Positions 15,524-24,535 are shown, counted from the stretch's first letter. The stretch: DNA of 31,483 bases from an uncultured Parafilimonas sp. (GCA_964598675.1 CAZRDD010000002.1:1-31483); one strand, 5' to 3'. Numbers and translations: made by a program. The notes: generated from the letters alone by a model not told the origin.

Positions 15524-17710
15524 CTATCTGCCGCCGGGTGGGCAGTACTGGCGCAGGTAAGAGGTGTATAAAGTTGACAGGTGCCTGCGGGTGCCTTCCC
15601 CTTCTGAAATTGAGTGTGTTCTGTTAGGGTATGCCATAAACTGGAACACCTTGTTGTACTTAATCAGTTCGTTCAGCAGCAGTTCGGCATTTTCGTAATG
15701 CACGTTATCGTCGCCGGTGCCGTGTATGTACAGCAAATGGCCCTGCAGGTTTTTGGCGTAGGTAATGGGGCTGCCTTTAATAAAATCGGCCTTGCTTTCC
15801 TGCGGTATGCCCATATAACGCTCCTGGTAAATATTGTCGTACGTAAGCTGGTAGCCCACTGCGGCAATGGAGATGCCTGTTTTATAAATATCCGGGTGTT
15901 GAAACATAAGGTTAAGCGTGGCAGAACCGCCGCCGCTCCAGCCCCAAACAGCCACACGGCTGCTGTCAACAAATGGCCATTTCAACACTTCGCGGGCGGC
16001 CAGTGCCTGGTCGGTTATGTTTAGCTGCCCAATTTTGTGGCTGATGCTTTTGCGCCATTCGCGGCCCTTGGGGCAGGGGGTGCCACGGTTGTCAATAGAT
16101 ATGTATATGTACCCATCATTGGCCATGCTGCCATCGTATAACCTGTTGCTGCCAGCGCCGTACTCATCCTTAACGTTTTGCCCGGCAGGCTCGGTATACA
16201 CATAAAACACCACGGGGTATTTTTTGGTGCTGTCAAAATTGGTGGGCTTCACCATCCATCCGTCCATCGAAACACCTTCGGTTGTTTTAACCGTAAAAAA
16301 CTCAACGTTGGAGTTGCTTTTTTGTACCCCGGCCAGTTTATCGTTTACGTTATCGGCGGTAATGGCTTTATGCTCCGGCAGCGATACTATTTCATCCGTA
16401 TTAGGGGTGTAGTAGTTGGAGAAAGAGTGGAAGGCAAATTTGCCGGTTGGCGATACCTCGTATTCGTGCGTGCCGGGCTGGTTAAGCGGGGAAAGGCGCT
16501 CCGGCTGGGTGCTGCCATCCAGCTTTGTACGGAAGAGGTATTGCTGTGTGGCATTTTCCGGCGAGGCCGAAAAATACAGGTAGCCGCTTTTTTCGTCAAT
16601 CGCATTGATGTTTATCACATCATAATTGCCGGTGGTAATAAGCTTTTCGCTTTTGCCATCGCGGCCTAAGCGGTAAATGTGGCGCCATCCGTCTTTATCC
16701 GATGCCCAAATGTATTCCTTGCCATTGTTCAGCCAGTCCCAGCCGCCGTAATGATAGGCCCTGTCCCACGAGCCGATAATATCAATCCAGGCATTATCCG
16801 TTTCGTGGAAAATTGATTTTGATTCGCCTGTGGCTGCATTGCACAGCATTACATCCGATTCGTTCTGTTTGCGGTTAAGGTGCTGTATAATCAGCTCGCT
16901 GCTGTTGGCAGCCCATTCCATACGCGGTACGTACGACTGTAAAACGGGGTCGGTAGGTATTGACATCCAGGTGGTTTTAGTACCCTCAATATCCACCACG
17001 CCAATTTTATAAGGGCTTGGGGCCTCGCCCGCAACAGGGTATTCCACCGGTTTTACAAAAGGATAAATAGAGTCGGTATTATTTATCATCAGGTAATCTT
17101 TGGTGGCATGGGCATCAATGTTCCAGAAAGCAATTTTTTTGCTGTCGGGGCTCCAGCGGAAGCCATCGCGGCAATCAAACTCCTCCTCGTAGGCCCAGTC
17201 GAAAGTGCCGTTGATGTACTTGCGCGTGCCATCTTTGGTAAGCGGGGTTATTTTGCCCGTAGCAGCATCTTCCACATACACATTGTAAGCACTTACATAA
17301 GCCAGTTTTTTACCGTCGGGCGAAAACTTGGCAAACATAAGCGATGAGGCTGGCAGGCCCTGGCCAAGCTGGCGCAGGTTGCCGGTGGCAATATTAAGCA
17401 GCCAGTAATCGCCACGGGTATCGTAACGCCAAACTTTTTGGGTGTTGGTATAAATAAGCACCTGGCCACCATCTGCCGAAAAAAAGAAGTTGCGCACTGT
17501 TAGCGGACTGGTTTTGCCTTTGGGCACCAGTGCCTCAGCCTTTACCACCACTTTAGGGGTTAGCTTGGGCAACTGTACCAGCACAATGCCGGAGCCATCG
17601 GCCTCGTAGTAGCCATCGCCTGCCGTGTTCCAGCGGATACCGGCGGGCGGCTGGGCAGCTGCTGTTAACGCAACTAACACAAATACAATACATAAACGGA
17701 TTATACGCAT
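15524..17710 (-). CDS. S9B dipeptidyl peptidase IV family protein, exported
   Basis: Signal peptide; beta-propeller DPP-IV N-domain (WAYEEE); catalytic GWSGGG, HGTGDDNVH and HSI. Confidence 0.96.
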   Translation of the reverse strand: MRIIRLCIVFVLVALTAAAQPPAGIRWNTAGDGYYEADGSGIVLVQLPKLTPKVVVKAEALVPKGKTSPLTVRNFFFSADGGQVLIYTNTQKVWRYDTRGDYWLLNIATGNLRQLGQGLPASSLMFAKFSPDGKKLAYVSAYNVYVEDAATGKITPLTKDGTRKYINGTFDWAYEEEFDCRDGFRWSPDSKKIAFWNIDAHATKDYLMINNTDSIYPFVKPVEYPVAGEAPSPYKIGVVDIEGTKTTWMSIPTDPVLQSYVPRMEWAANSSELIIQHLNRKQNESDVMLCNAATGESKSIFHETDNAWIDIIGSWDRAYHYGGWDWLNNGKEYIWASDKDGWRHIYRLGRDGKSEKLITTGNYDVININAIDEKSGYLYFSASPENATQQYLFRTKLDGSTQPERLSPLNQPGTHEYEVSPTGKFAFHSFSNYYTPNTDEIVSLPEHKAITADNVNDKLAGVQKSNSNVEFFTVKTTEGVSMDGWMVKPTNFDSTKKYPVVFYVYTEPAGQNVKDEYGAGSNRLYDGSMANDGYIYISIDNRGTPCPKGREWRKSISHKIGQLNITDQALAAREVLKWPFVDSSRVAVWGWSGGGSATLNLMFQHPDIYKTGISIAAVGYQLTYDNIYQERYMGIPQESKADFIKGSPITYAKNLQGHLLYIHGTGDDNVHYENAELLLNELIKYNKVFQFMAYPNRTHSISEGEGTRRHLSTLYTSYLRQYCPPGGR

Positions 17711-17876
17711 ACAACATTATTATTGTGTGAAAATAAGCATTGGTGTATAAATGAACGCCAGAAAGTGATGGGCGATGTTTTTAGGATAATTTAGGTAAAC
17801 AGTAATAAACAAAAATTAACCGCCAGCCGGTTATAAAGCATTTTTTAATGACTATCCGTTATTTGGTTTGGGAGTT

Positions 17877-18009
17877 TTTAACCACATAGCGACATTAGAA
17901 AACATAAGAAACGCATAGGTTAGATAAAGTGCATAGAATATACATAACTATGTTTTTCAAATGTCATTCTATGTTTAACTATGTTAACTACTGAATCTAT
18001 GTGGTGAAA
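17877..18009. repeat. Palindromic REP/MITE-like element with iterated CATAG/CTATG units
   Basis: Terminal inverted repeats TTTAACCACATAG/CTATGTGGTGAAA (12/13); nested stems gacatt/aatgtc and aaaacata/tatgtttt; motif polarity switches near 17947. Confidence 0.7.
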
Positions 18010-18097
18010 GCTACCCCTCCCCGTAATGGGGGAATTACGCCGACCGCAAACCAAATTACGGATCGTCATTCATTTTTTAATACGAGGAGGGGATGCT
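18009..18097. repeat. Second inverted-repeat-bounded element abutting the first
   Basis: AGCTACCCCTCC (18009-18020) and GGAGGGGATGCT (18086-18097), 10/12 complementary; internal C-run/G-run hairpin. Confidence 0.45.
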
Positions 18098-18185
18098 ATT
18101 GGCAGAAACCGCCCTTGTGTTTTATGATACTCCGGTATTGCCCGGCAGCACCTGTACTGCATAAACCATGCCCTGCGGATAGTGC

Positions 18186-18237
18186 CAAAACAAAAACGCC
18201 TTACACCAAAAGCCTGGGGCTGTATTGGAGTAAGGCG
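18186..18237 (-). terminator. Terminator of the purL-hldD-TA-proC unit
   Basis: CGCCTTAC...GTAAGGCG outer stem with inner pairing, followed by TTTTTGTTTT on the - strand, 24 nt after the proC stop. Confidence 0.75.
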
Positions 18238-18261
18238 CAAAGCCACGTTTTTTTAAAGCGG

Positions 18262-19062
18262 CTACATATCGTTTACTATTTTTTTATAGCTGGTTACCAC
18301 CCCTTTTATAAGCGATGAGCTAAAGCCCTGGTGTTCCATCTCGTTAAGGCCCGCAATGGTGCAGCCTTTGGGGGTGGTTACTTTATCAATTTCCTGTTCG
18401 GGGTGGGTGTGTTTGGTCAACAGCAGTTCGGCAGCACCTTTAACGGTTTGTGCCGCTATAAGCGATGCGGTGGCCGCATCAAAGCCAATTTCAATACCGC
18501 CCTGTATATTGGCCCTTATGTAACGCATGGCAAAAGCGGTGCCGCAGGCCCCCAGTACGGTGGCCGCATCCATCAGCTTTTCCTCAATAAACACGGTTTT
18601 GCCCAACTGGTTAAACATATCGGCGGTGTAGCCCACCTGTTCATCGCTGGCGTTGTATTTACAAATGCAGGTAATGCTCTCCTGTATGGCTATGGCGGTG
18701 TTGGGCATGGCACGGAACAGGGTAAATTCGTTACCGATAATTTCCTGTATGTCTTTAATCCAAACGCCGGTAATAACGCTTACCAGTGCATGCCTGCCAG
18801 CCTGCAGGTGCGGCTTAAGGTTTTGCAGAATTTCTTTAACCTGGAAGGGTTTTACCGCCAGTATTACCCAATCGGCATACTGCACCGCTTCCACATTGTT
18901 GTTGCTTACCAGTACGCCTTTTTCTTCCAGGCTTTTTAGGGTGGCAATATTTCTTTTGGTGATGATGATGTGTTCGGGCAATATAAAGCCGCTGCTTATC
19001 AACCCCTCTGCAATGGCTGTACCCAGGTTACCCCCGCCTATGATGGCTATTTTCTTGCTCAT
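18262..19062 (-). CDS. proC: Pyrroline-5-carboxylate reductase
   Basis: IAIIGGGNLG Rossmann motif, LAVKP, RAMPNT and V.TP.G.TI.GL. Confidence 0.97.
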   Translation of the reverse strand: MSKKIAIIGGGNLGTAIAEGLISSGFILPEHIIITKRNIATLKSLEEKGVLVSNNNVEAVQYADWVILAVKPFQVKEILQNLKPHLQAGRHALVSVITGVWIKDIQEIIGNEFTLFRAMPNTAIAIQESITCICKYNASDEQVGYTADMFNQLGKTVFIEEKLMDAATVLGACGTAFAMRYIRANIQGGIEIGFDAATASLIAAQTVKGAAELLLTKHTHPEQEIDKVTTPKGCTIAGLNEMEHQGFSSSLIKGVVTSYKKIVNDM

Positions 19063-19442
19063 TATTTTATCCGTTTTACATTGCTTTGAATGTAGTCAAC
19101 AATATTTTCAAACTCAGTATTTGAAGAAGCTATTTTAATTACAAACTGGTATGCTTCTTCTTCCGTTAAGGTAAATGTATAGTTATTTAGCCGCAGTATT
19201 ACTATGCAGGCAAGCCATCCGGTTCTTTTATTGCCATCTACAAAAGGATGGTTTTTAAGAATGCTTTCTAAAATTGCAGCGGCTTTGGCAAAAGGGGTAG
19301 TATATAATTCCTGCCCGTCAAAAGTGGCATAGGGCCTTTCTGCCGCACTCTTGAGCAAATCAATATCCCGTATTCCCTGGCTTCCGCCAAAATCTCTTAT
19401 TGAAAACGAGTGGAGCAGCAACAGGTTGTCAAGCGTTATCAT
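19062..19442 (-). CDS. doc: Death-on-curing (Doc-type Fic-domain) toxin
   Basis: Motif HPFVDGNKRTG (Doc-type Lys); G.RD..LL.SA..RP; 126 aa stand-alone domain. Confidence 0.93.
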   Translation of the reverse strand: MITLDNLLLLHSFSIRDFGGSQGIRDIDLLKSAAERPYATFDGQELYTTPFAKAAAILESILKNHPFVDGNKRTGWLACIVILRLNNYTFTLTEEEAYQFVIKIASSNTEFENIVDYIQSNVKRIK

Positions 19443-19618
19443 TGGGCAAGCTTTCTAAGGGTGTTGCCATATTGTTTAACGGCATCGGCATACATATCCT
19501 CGATGGAGGGCTGCTGTTCAAAGCTGTTTATAATCTCCAGCATTTTATTAAGCAACTGTTCGTCTTCTGTACTATCAATTAACCTTTTCAATTCAACCCG
19601 CATTTCAGCCGCGCTCAT
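19439..19618 (-). CDS. Probable cognate antitoxin, 59 aa; below the ORF-track cut-off
   Basis: Manual translation: MSAAEMRVELKRLIDSTEDEQLLNKMLEIINSFEQQPSIEDMYADAVKQYGNTLRKLAQ. Its stop overlaps the doc start (ATGA); acidic and helical. Confidence 0.85.
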   Translation of the reverse strand: MSAAEMRVELKRLIDSTEDEQLLNKMLEIINSFEQQPSIEDMYADAVKQYGNTLRKLAQ

Positions 19619-19632
19619 AACCTCAATTTTTA

Positions 19633-19640
19633 CAAATTTA
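19633..19640 (-). promoter_or_regulatory. -7 box overlapping the hldD stop codon, candidate TA promoter
   Basis: TAAATTTG on the - strand, whose TAA is the hldD stop; 14 nt upstream of the antitoxin ATG. Confidence 0.45.
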
Positions 19641-20711
19641 CCAAATTTTATCTTGCAGTAAATAGTTGGTAACGTAATCCATCACGCCATCTTCAAGGCT
19701 GTAAAAAGGTTCGGTATAGCCTGCATTGTGCAGTTTTGCCATGTTGGCCTCGGTAAAATACTGGTAGCGGTCGCGTATGTCTTCGGGCATATCAATATAC
19801 ACAATAAAAGGCTCCTTGCCCATGCCCGCATACGTAGCATTTACCAGGTGGTTAAAGGTGCGGGCCTTGCCCGTGCCCAGGTTGTATATGCCGCTTTCAA
19901 GGTTGCACATTACGCCGGGGGCGGTGGCATTGCTACTGTCAACAGTTATGCCGCCGCCAGCTTTCTGCATCATCCAGTATATTACTTTAAGCACATCTTT
20001 TACGTAAATAAAGTCGCGCAGTTGTTCGCCATCGGCAAACTCAGGCTTGTGGCTTTTAAACAGCCTAACCACCCCATCCTTACGTATCTGGTTAAACGAG
20101 TGGAATATAACACTGGCCATCCGGCCCTTGTGCCCTTCGTTAGGGCCGTACACGTTAAAAAATTTGAGGCCCGCCCAAAAAGGCGGCTGGTTTATTTGTA
20201 CAATGGCTAATTTATCAAACTCGTTTTTGCTTACGCCGTAAGGATTAAGCGGGTGCAGCTTTTCAATAATATCGTGGTCATCGTTGTAGCCCAGCTCGCC
20301 CACGCCGTAGGTGGCGGCAGAGGAGGCATAAATAAGCGGCACCTGTTTTGCGGTACAGTAATGCCATATTTTTTTGGAATACTCGTAGTTAAGCTCCTGG
20401 TGAATTTCGTAGTTAAACTCCGTAGTATCGGTACGTGCACCCATGTGTATTACAAAATCAATCCTGGGGTCGTGCAGTTCCAGCCAGTCGAAGAGGTTAT
20501 ACCTTTCCACCACGTGCGAAAAAGTTTTGCCCTCCCAGTTTTTCCGCTTCCCTTCCACGCCAAAATCATCCACAATAATAATATCTTCAAACCCCTGCTC
20601 ATTTAAAAAACGGAGCATACAACTGCCAATAAAACCGGCAGCCCCGGTGAGGATGATGCACCCCTTTTCCAAAGAAGCTTTTTGTGCGGAATTGGTATTA
20701 TTTTCTGGCAT
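19638..20711 (-). CDS. hldD: ADP-L-glycero-D-manno-heptose 6-epimerase
   Basis: TGAAGFIG, GARTDTT, YASSAATYG, YGVSK, FFNVYGP.E.HKGRMAS, RDFIYVKD and YQ.FTEA; also called rfaD/gmhD. Confidence 0.93.
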   Translation of the reverse strand: MPENNTNSAQKASLEKGCIILTGAAGFIGSCMLRFLNEQGFEDIIIVDDFGVEGKRKNWEGKTFSHVVERYNLFDWLELHDPRIDFVIHMGARTDTTEFNYEIHQELNYEYSKKIWHYCTAKQVPLIYASSAATYGVGELGYNDDHDIIEKLHPLNPYGVSKNEFDKLAIVQINQPPFWAGLKFFNVYGPNEGHKGRMASVIFHSFNQIRKDGVVRLFKSHKPEFADGEQLRDFIYVKDVLKVIYWMMQKAGGGITVDSSNATAPGVMCNLESGIYNLGTGKARTFNHLVNATYAGMGKEPFIVYIDMPEDIRDRYQYFTEANMAKLHNAGYTEPFYSLEDGVMDYVTNYLLQDKIW

Positions 20712-20762
20712 TGGTTATTTGCTTTTTACTGGTACTGCACTATTCACGTTAATTACTGCCTC

Positions 20763-23036
20763 TTAATCGTTCACTTCCATCGGCTCCACATCAGGCCCCA
20801 TTTCAATAATTTCACCGGCAGAAGCCTTTAACAGGTTGCCAATGGCATTATCGTGCTTATCCTTCCAGGCAGCTATGCTGCCCCAGTCTGCACCATTAAC
20901 CTTAACTGCACCACTGGTAACAGTGCCCAGCACCGTAACCGGAATGTTGTTTGCAGCACCTTTTTGTTTAATGGCTTCGGCCTGCTCTTTGCTGGCGGTT
21001 ACCACCACCCTGCTCTGCGCCTCGCCCAGCCAGTAAGCATCAAGCCTTATGCCCGCATCGGCAGCCACATCAAAGCCCAGTCCTCGGTGGAAGCCTTTTT
21101 CAATAAGCGTAACTATTAAACCACCTTCGCTAATGTCGTGCGCGCTTTTAATAAGCTGGTCTTTAATAACGGAGGTGACAAATTTTTGTACCGCAAACTC
21201 CTCATCCAGTTTAAAATGCGGGGCGGGCGAAAATTCCACGCCTTTAATCTTGTGCAGGTATTCTGAGGAGGCTATATCGTTCTGCTGCTCGCCAATAAGT
21301 AAAATAACATCACCGGCAGCTTTGTAATCAAGTGTTGTGCGGGTGCCAAAATCGTCCAGTATGCCCACCATGCCAATGGTTGGGGTTGGGTACACCGGCC
21401 CTTCGGGGTTTTGGTTGTAAAAGCTTACGTTACCACCCGTAACCGGCGTGTTAAATTTACGGCAGGCTTCACCCATACCGTTAACCGCCTGTACAAACTG
21501 GTAATAAACACCCGGGTTATAAGGGTTGCCAAAGTTTAAGCAGTTGGTAACGCCAATAGGCTCGCCACCGCTGCAAACAATGTTGCGGGCCGCTTCGGCC
21601 ACCGCAATCATAGCGCCTTTGTGCGGGTTGGCATATACGTAACGGCTGTTACAATCGGTGGTAACGGCCAGTGCCTTGCCGGTGCCTTTTGCCAATACTA
21701 TTGCAGCATCGCTGGGGGCGTTGGTGCTGGCATTGGCTGCGCCAACGGTGCTATCGTACTGTACGGTTATCCATTTTTTGCTGGCAATGTTGGGTATTTG
21801 TATCACCTCGTCTGCAACGGCCTGCAGTGCGGCAGTATCAGCAATATCTTCAATAGTATCCTGGGAGAAAGCCGCAATTTTTTCCAGGTATTCAGGTGCT
21901 GCATATTCCCTGGTGTATTGGGGGGCACCGCCGCCTAATACCAGCTCGTACGCAGGTATTTCGGCCTCAAGTACGCCGTGCATGTAAAATTTAAGCAGTC
22001 CGTCGCCGGTTACATGGCCAATTTCGCTGCAGGGCAGGTCCCATTTTTCAAACACTTTCAGCACAGCTTCTTCTTTGCCTTTTTCCACCACAATCAGCAT
22101 GCGCTCCTGGCTTTCGCTCAGCAGCAGTTCCCATGCCTTCATGTTTTTCTGGCGGGTAGGCACCTTGTCAAGGTCAATGTGCATGCCCGATTTGCCTTTG
22201 GCGCTCATTTCGGCGGTGCTGCAAATAATACCTGCAGCGCCCATATCCTGCATGCCCACCACGGCACCTGTTTCAATTACTTCAAGGCAGGCTTCCAGCA
22301 GTTTTTTCTCCTGGCAGGGGTCGCCCACCTGTACGGCTGGTACCTCCTCGGTCCTTTCGGCGGTAATATTGGCAGATGCAAACGATGCACCACCTATACC
22401 ATCCTTACCGGTGGCACTGCCTACAAAAAATACCGGGTTGCCCACACCTTCGGCAGTGGCGCTAACGGTTTTACCGGCCTGTACAATACCCACGCTCATG
22501 GCATTTACCAGCGGGTTGGTATGGTAGCAGTCCTCAAAATATACTTCGCCGCCTACGGTGGGTACGCCAAAGCAGTTGCCGTAATGGCCAATGCCTTTAA
22601 CCACCCCGCTTAACAGGCGTTGTGTTTTTTTATCTTTTATATTACCAAAACGCAGGCTGTTGAGCGATGCTATAGGCCTGGCACCCATAGTAAAAATATC
22701 GCGCTGTATACCGCCCACACCGGTTGCCGCACCCTGAAAGGGCTCAATGGCGCTGGGGTGGTTATGGCTTTCAATTTTAAATACTACGCCAAAGCCATTG
22801 CCAATATCCATAAGGCCTGCATTTTCCTCGCCCGCTTCCACCAGCATACGCCCACCACTGCGGGGCAGGGTTTTTAGCCATCTGATAGAGTTTTTATAGC
22901 TGCAGTGCTCGCTCCACATGCCACTGAAGGCGCACAGTTCAGTAAAATTGGGGGTGCGGCCGAGTTTTTGTTTTATCAGCTCAAATTCTTCTGCTGTAAG
23001 GCGAAGCTCCTGGGCGGTTTTTGCGGTAATTTCCAT
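20763..23036 (-). CDS. purL: Phosphoribosylformylglycinamidine synthase, small-type PurL subunit
   Basis: WSEHCSYK, ESHNHPS, QDMGAAG, LSESQERM and NCLNFGNP; 757 aa with no fused glutaminase domain. Confidence 0.98.
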   Translation of the reverse strand: MEITAKTAQELRLTAEEFELIKQKLGRTPNFTELCAFSGMWSEHCSYKNSIRWLKTLPRSGGRMLVEAGEENAGLMDIGNGFGVVFKIESHNHPSAIEPFQGAATGVGGIQRDIFTMGARPIASLNSLRFGNIKDKKTQRLLSGVVKGIGHYGNCFGVPTVGGEVYFEDCYHTNPLVNAMSVGIVQAGKTVSATAEGVGNPVFFVGSATGKDGIGGASFASANITAERTEEVPAVQVGDPCQEKKLLEACLEVIETGAVVGMQDMGAAGIICSTAEMSAKGKSGMHIDLDKVPTRQKNMKAWELLLSESQERMLIVVEKGKEEAVLKVFEKWDLPCSEIGHVTGDGLLKFYMHGVLEAEIPAYELVLGGGAPQYTREYAAPEYLEKIAAFSQDTIEDIADTAALQAVADEVIQIPNIASKKWITVQYDSTVGAANASTNAPSDAAIVLAKGTGKALAVTTDCNSRYVYANPHKGAMIAVAEAARNIVCSGGEPIGVTNCLNFGNPYNPGVYYQFVQAVNGMGEACRKFNTPVTGGNVSFYNQNPEGPVYPTPTIGMVGILDDFGTRTTLDYKAAGDVILLIGEQQNDIASSEYLHKIKGVEFSPAPHFKLDEEFAVQKFVTSVIKDQLIKSAHDISEGGLIVTLIEKGFHRGLGFDVAADAGIRLDAYWLGEAQSRVVVTASKEQAEAIKQKGAANNIPVTVLGTVTSGAVKVNGADWGSIAAWKDKHDNAIGNLLKASAGEIIEMGPDVEPMEVND

Positions 23037-23071
23037 TGTTCAATGATGAATTGACGTTTGAAAGAAAGGCG

Positions 23072-23079
23072 CAAAGGTA
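23072..23079 (-). promoter_or_regulatory. -7 promoter box of purL
   Basis: TACCTTTG on the - strand, 35 nt upstream of the ATG. Confidence 0.7.
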
Positions 23080-23234
23080 AGGAGTTGGGGGCAAGCGAGA
23101 AAGAGGGATTACCGGAAACTGCGAAAGTGTTTGGCGATTGCTGCCCGCGGGGGCATAATTACAGCGAGCGGCTGGTTATTTAAGGGGGATATTAAACTGG
23201 AAAAGGATGTGGGAATCAGCAATGGGGGTGCTGG

Positions 23235-24389
23235 TTACAACTTCACCATTACCCCTTCCTCCAGTAAAACAGGCGCGGCGCTGTACTTAAACGTATCAAA
23301 AATATCGGCTTCACCGGTAATGTTGTCTATCATTACCGCATGGCCGTAAATATGGCTGGCATCTGCCGTAAGCTGCAGGTAGCCATGCGTTTCGTCCTGG
23401 CCTTTTACCAGCCTGGCACCTGTTTCGGGGTCAACAGCGCCGTTTTCGGCAATAATTTCATGCAGAATATAATAGCCGCCGTTACCGGCTACAAAAAAGG
23501 GGGTGGGCATGCCTGGTATCATTTCTTTCTCTATGCGCTGGTAGGTGTGTACATGTGCAGTTAGCACCATGTTAGGCACCCTGCGCGACTGGTTGATGGC
23601 TGCCTGCAATACCGCCCCCATAACGGGGCTGCCGCTGTGCTGGCTGTCGAACGAGTACGCGGGGTTATGCATGCACACCACCACAGCCTTATCTTTCGGA
23701 GCATTGCACAACTCGTTGGTAAGCCATTGCTGCTGGGCCGCATCTATTACGCCGTGTTCAGGCACGTTGGTATACAGGCCAATAATGGTTACAAAAGGGC
23801 ACAGCAGGGTAAAATACACATTGGGCTGTGCCATGGTTAAGCGCGGCGCATCTTTAGAAATGGGGTCTATGTGCGGCTGCGCGGTCATAAAATATGCCAC
23901 CCAGCCATCCAGTGATGTTTGCTGCGCATCCGCAGGGTCGCCATCGTGGTTGCCGGGTATGGAAAAAATGGGGGCATTGTATGGCTGGTATGCTTTGTAA
24001 AATTGCTCGTAATATTCCTCGTAGCGGCCGTGGGTGTATACCAGGTCGCCCAGGTTGTAAAAAAAGGAGGGTGCTTCCCCGGCAGGTTTTTCCAGGTCGG
24101 CCTTCATAGCCCTTACCACATCGGCCAGGTTGCTGCCGTACAGGTAGGGGCCGGTATCGCCCACGGTATGAAAAACAATTTTGCCTGCTGCCTCCGCCAT
24201 TTTGCCAATACCGGGCAATACTGTTTCCAGGTGGTAATGATACGGTGGTTTACCCACCGGCGCTGGCAATGGCTGCAGCTTTCGCGCCCATTGGGCCAGT
24301 ATTTCGGGCGATGGCGTGCCTTTATAAGCCTGTGAACGATTTTTTGAGGGCCTTGCATTGGGTGTGTGTGCTAAATAATCGTTTGCCAT
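23235..24389 (-). CDS. Metallophosphoesterase of purple acid phosphatase type
   Basis: GDTG, GDLVY, GNHD, VCMH and AHVH metal-ligand blocks. Confidence 0.88.
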   Translation of the reverse strand: MANDYLAHTPNARPSKNRSQAYKGTPSPEILAQWARKLQPLPAPVGKPPYHYHLETVLPGIGKMAEAAGKIVFHTVGDTGPYLYGSNLADVVRAMKADLEKPAGEAPSFFYNLGDLVYTHGRYEEYYEQFYKAYQPYNAPIFSIPGNHDGDPADAQQTSLDGWVAYFMTAQPHIDPISKDAPRLTMAQPNVYFTLLCPFVTIIGLYTNVPEHGVIDAAQQQWLTNELCNAPKDKAVVVCMHNPAYSFDSQHSGSPVMGAVLQAAINQSRRVPNMVLTAHVHTYQRIEKEMIPGMPTPFFVAGNGGYYILHEIIAENGAVDPETGARLVKGQDETHGYLQLTADASHIYGHAVMIDNITGEADIFDTFKYSAAPVLLEEGVMVKL

Positions 24390-24523
24390 GCCTGTTAACT
24401 TTTGCGGCTATATTAGGCAAAAACAGGCAAAGAAAACAGTTTGTGGCGCAGCTTATTGATAATTTATTTCCGTTAAAGCCCCTGCTGCGACTGTATTTGC
24501 TGGTATGCGGGGCTTACACATTA

Positions 24524-24531
24524 TATATTTG
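24524..24531 (+). promoter_or_regulatory. -7 promoter box of the phosphotransferase
   Basis: TATATTTG, ending 4 nt before ATG 24536. Confidence 0.6.
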
Positions 24532-24535
24532 CCGC

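Noticed and set aside
17877-18009. Possible CRISPR or mini-array
   Set aside because: The units are only 5 bp, irregularly spaced and inverted in the second half; there are no constant-length repeats and spacers and no cas genes.
18001-18318. 105-aa + strand ORF in the proC/DPP-IV gap
   Set aside because: It starts inside the palindromic repeat, crosses the terminator and overlaps the proC 3' end; no motifs.
23037-23234. Purine or ZTP riboswitch upstream of purL
   Set aside because: The -7 box leaves a leader of only about 30 nt, and no aptamer-like conserved sequence or terminator is visible.
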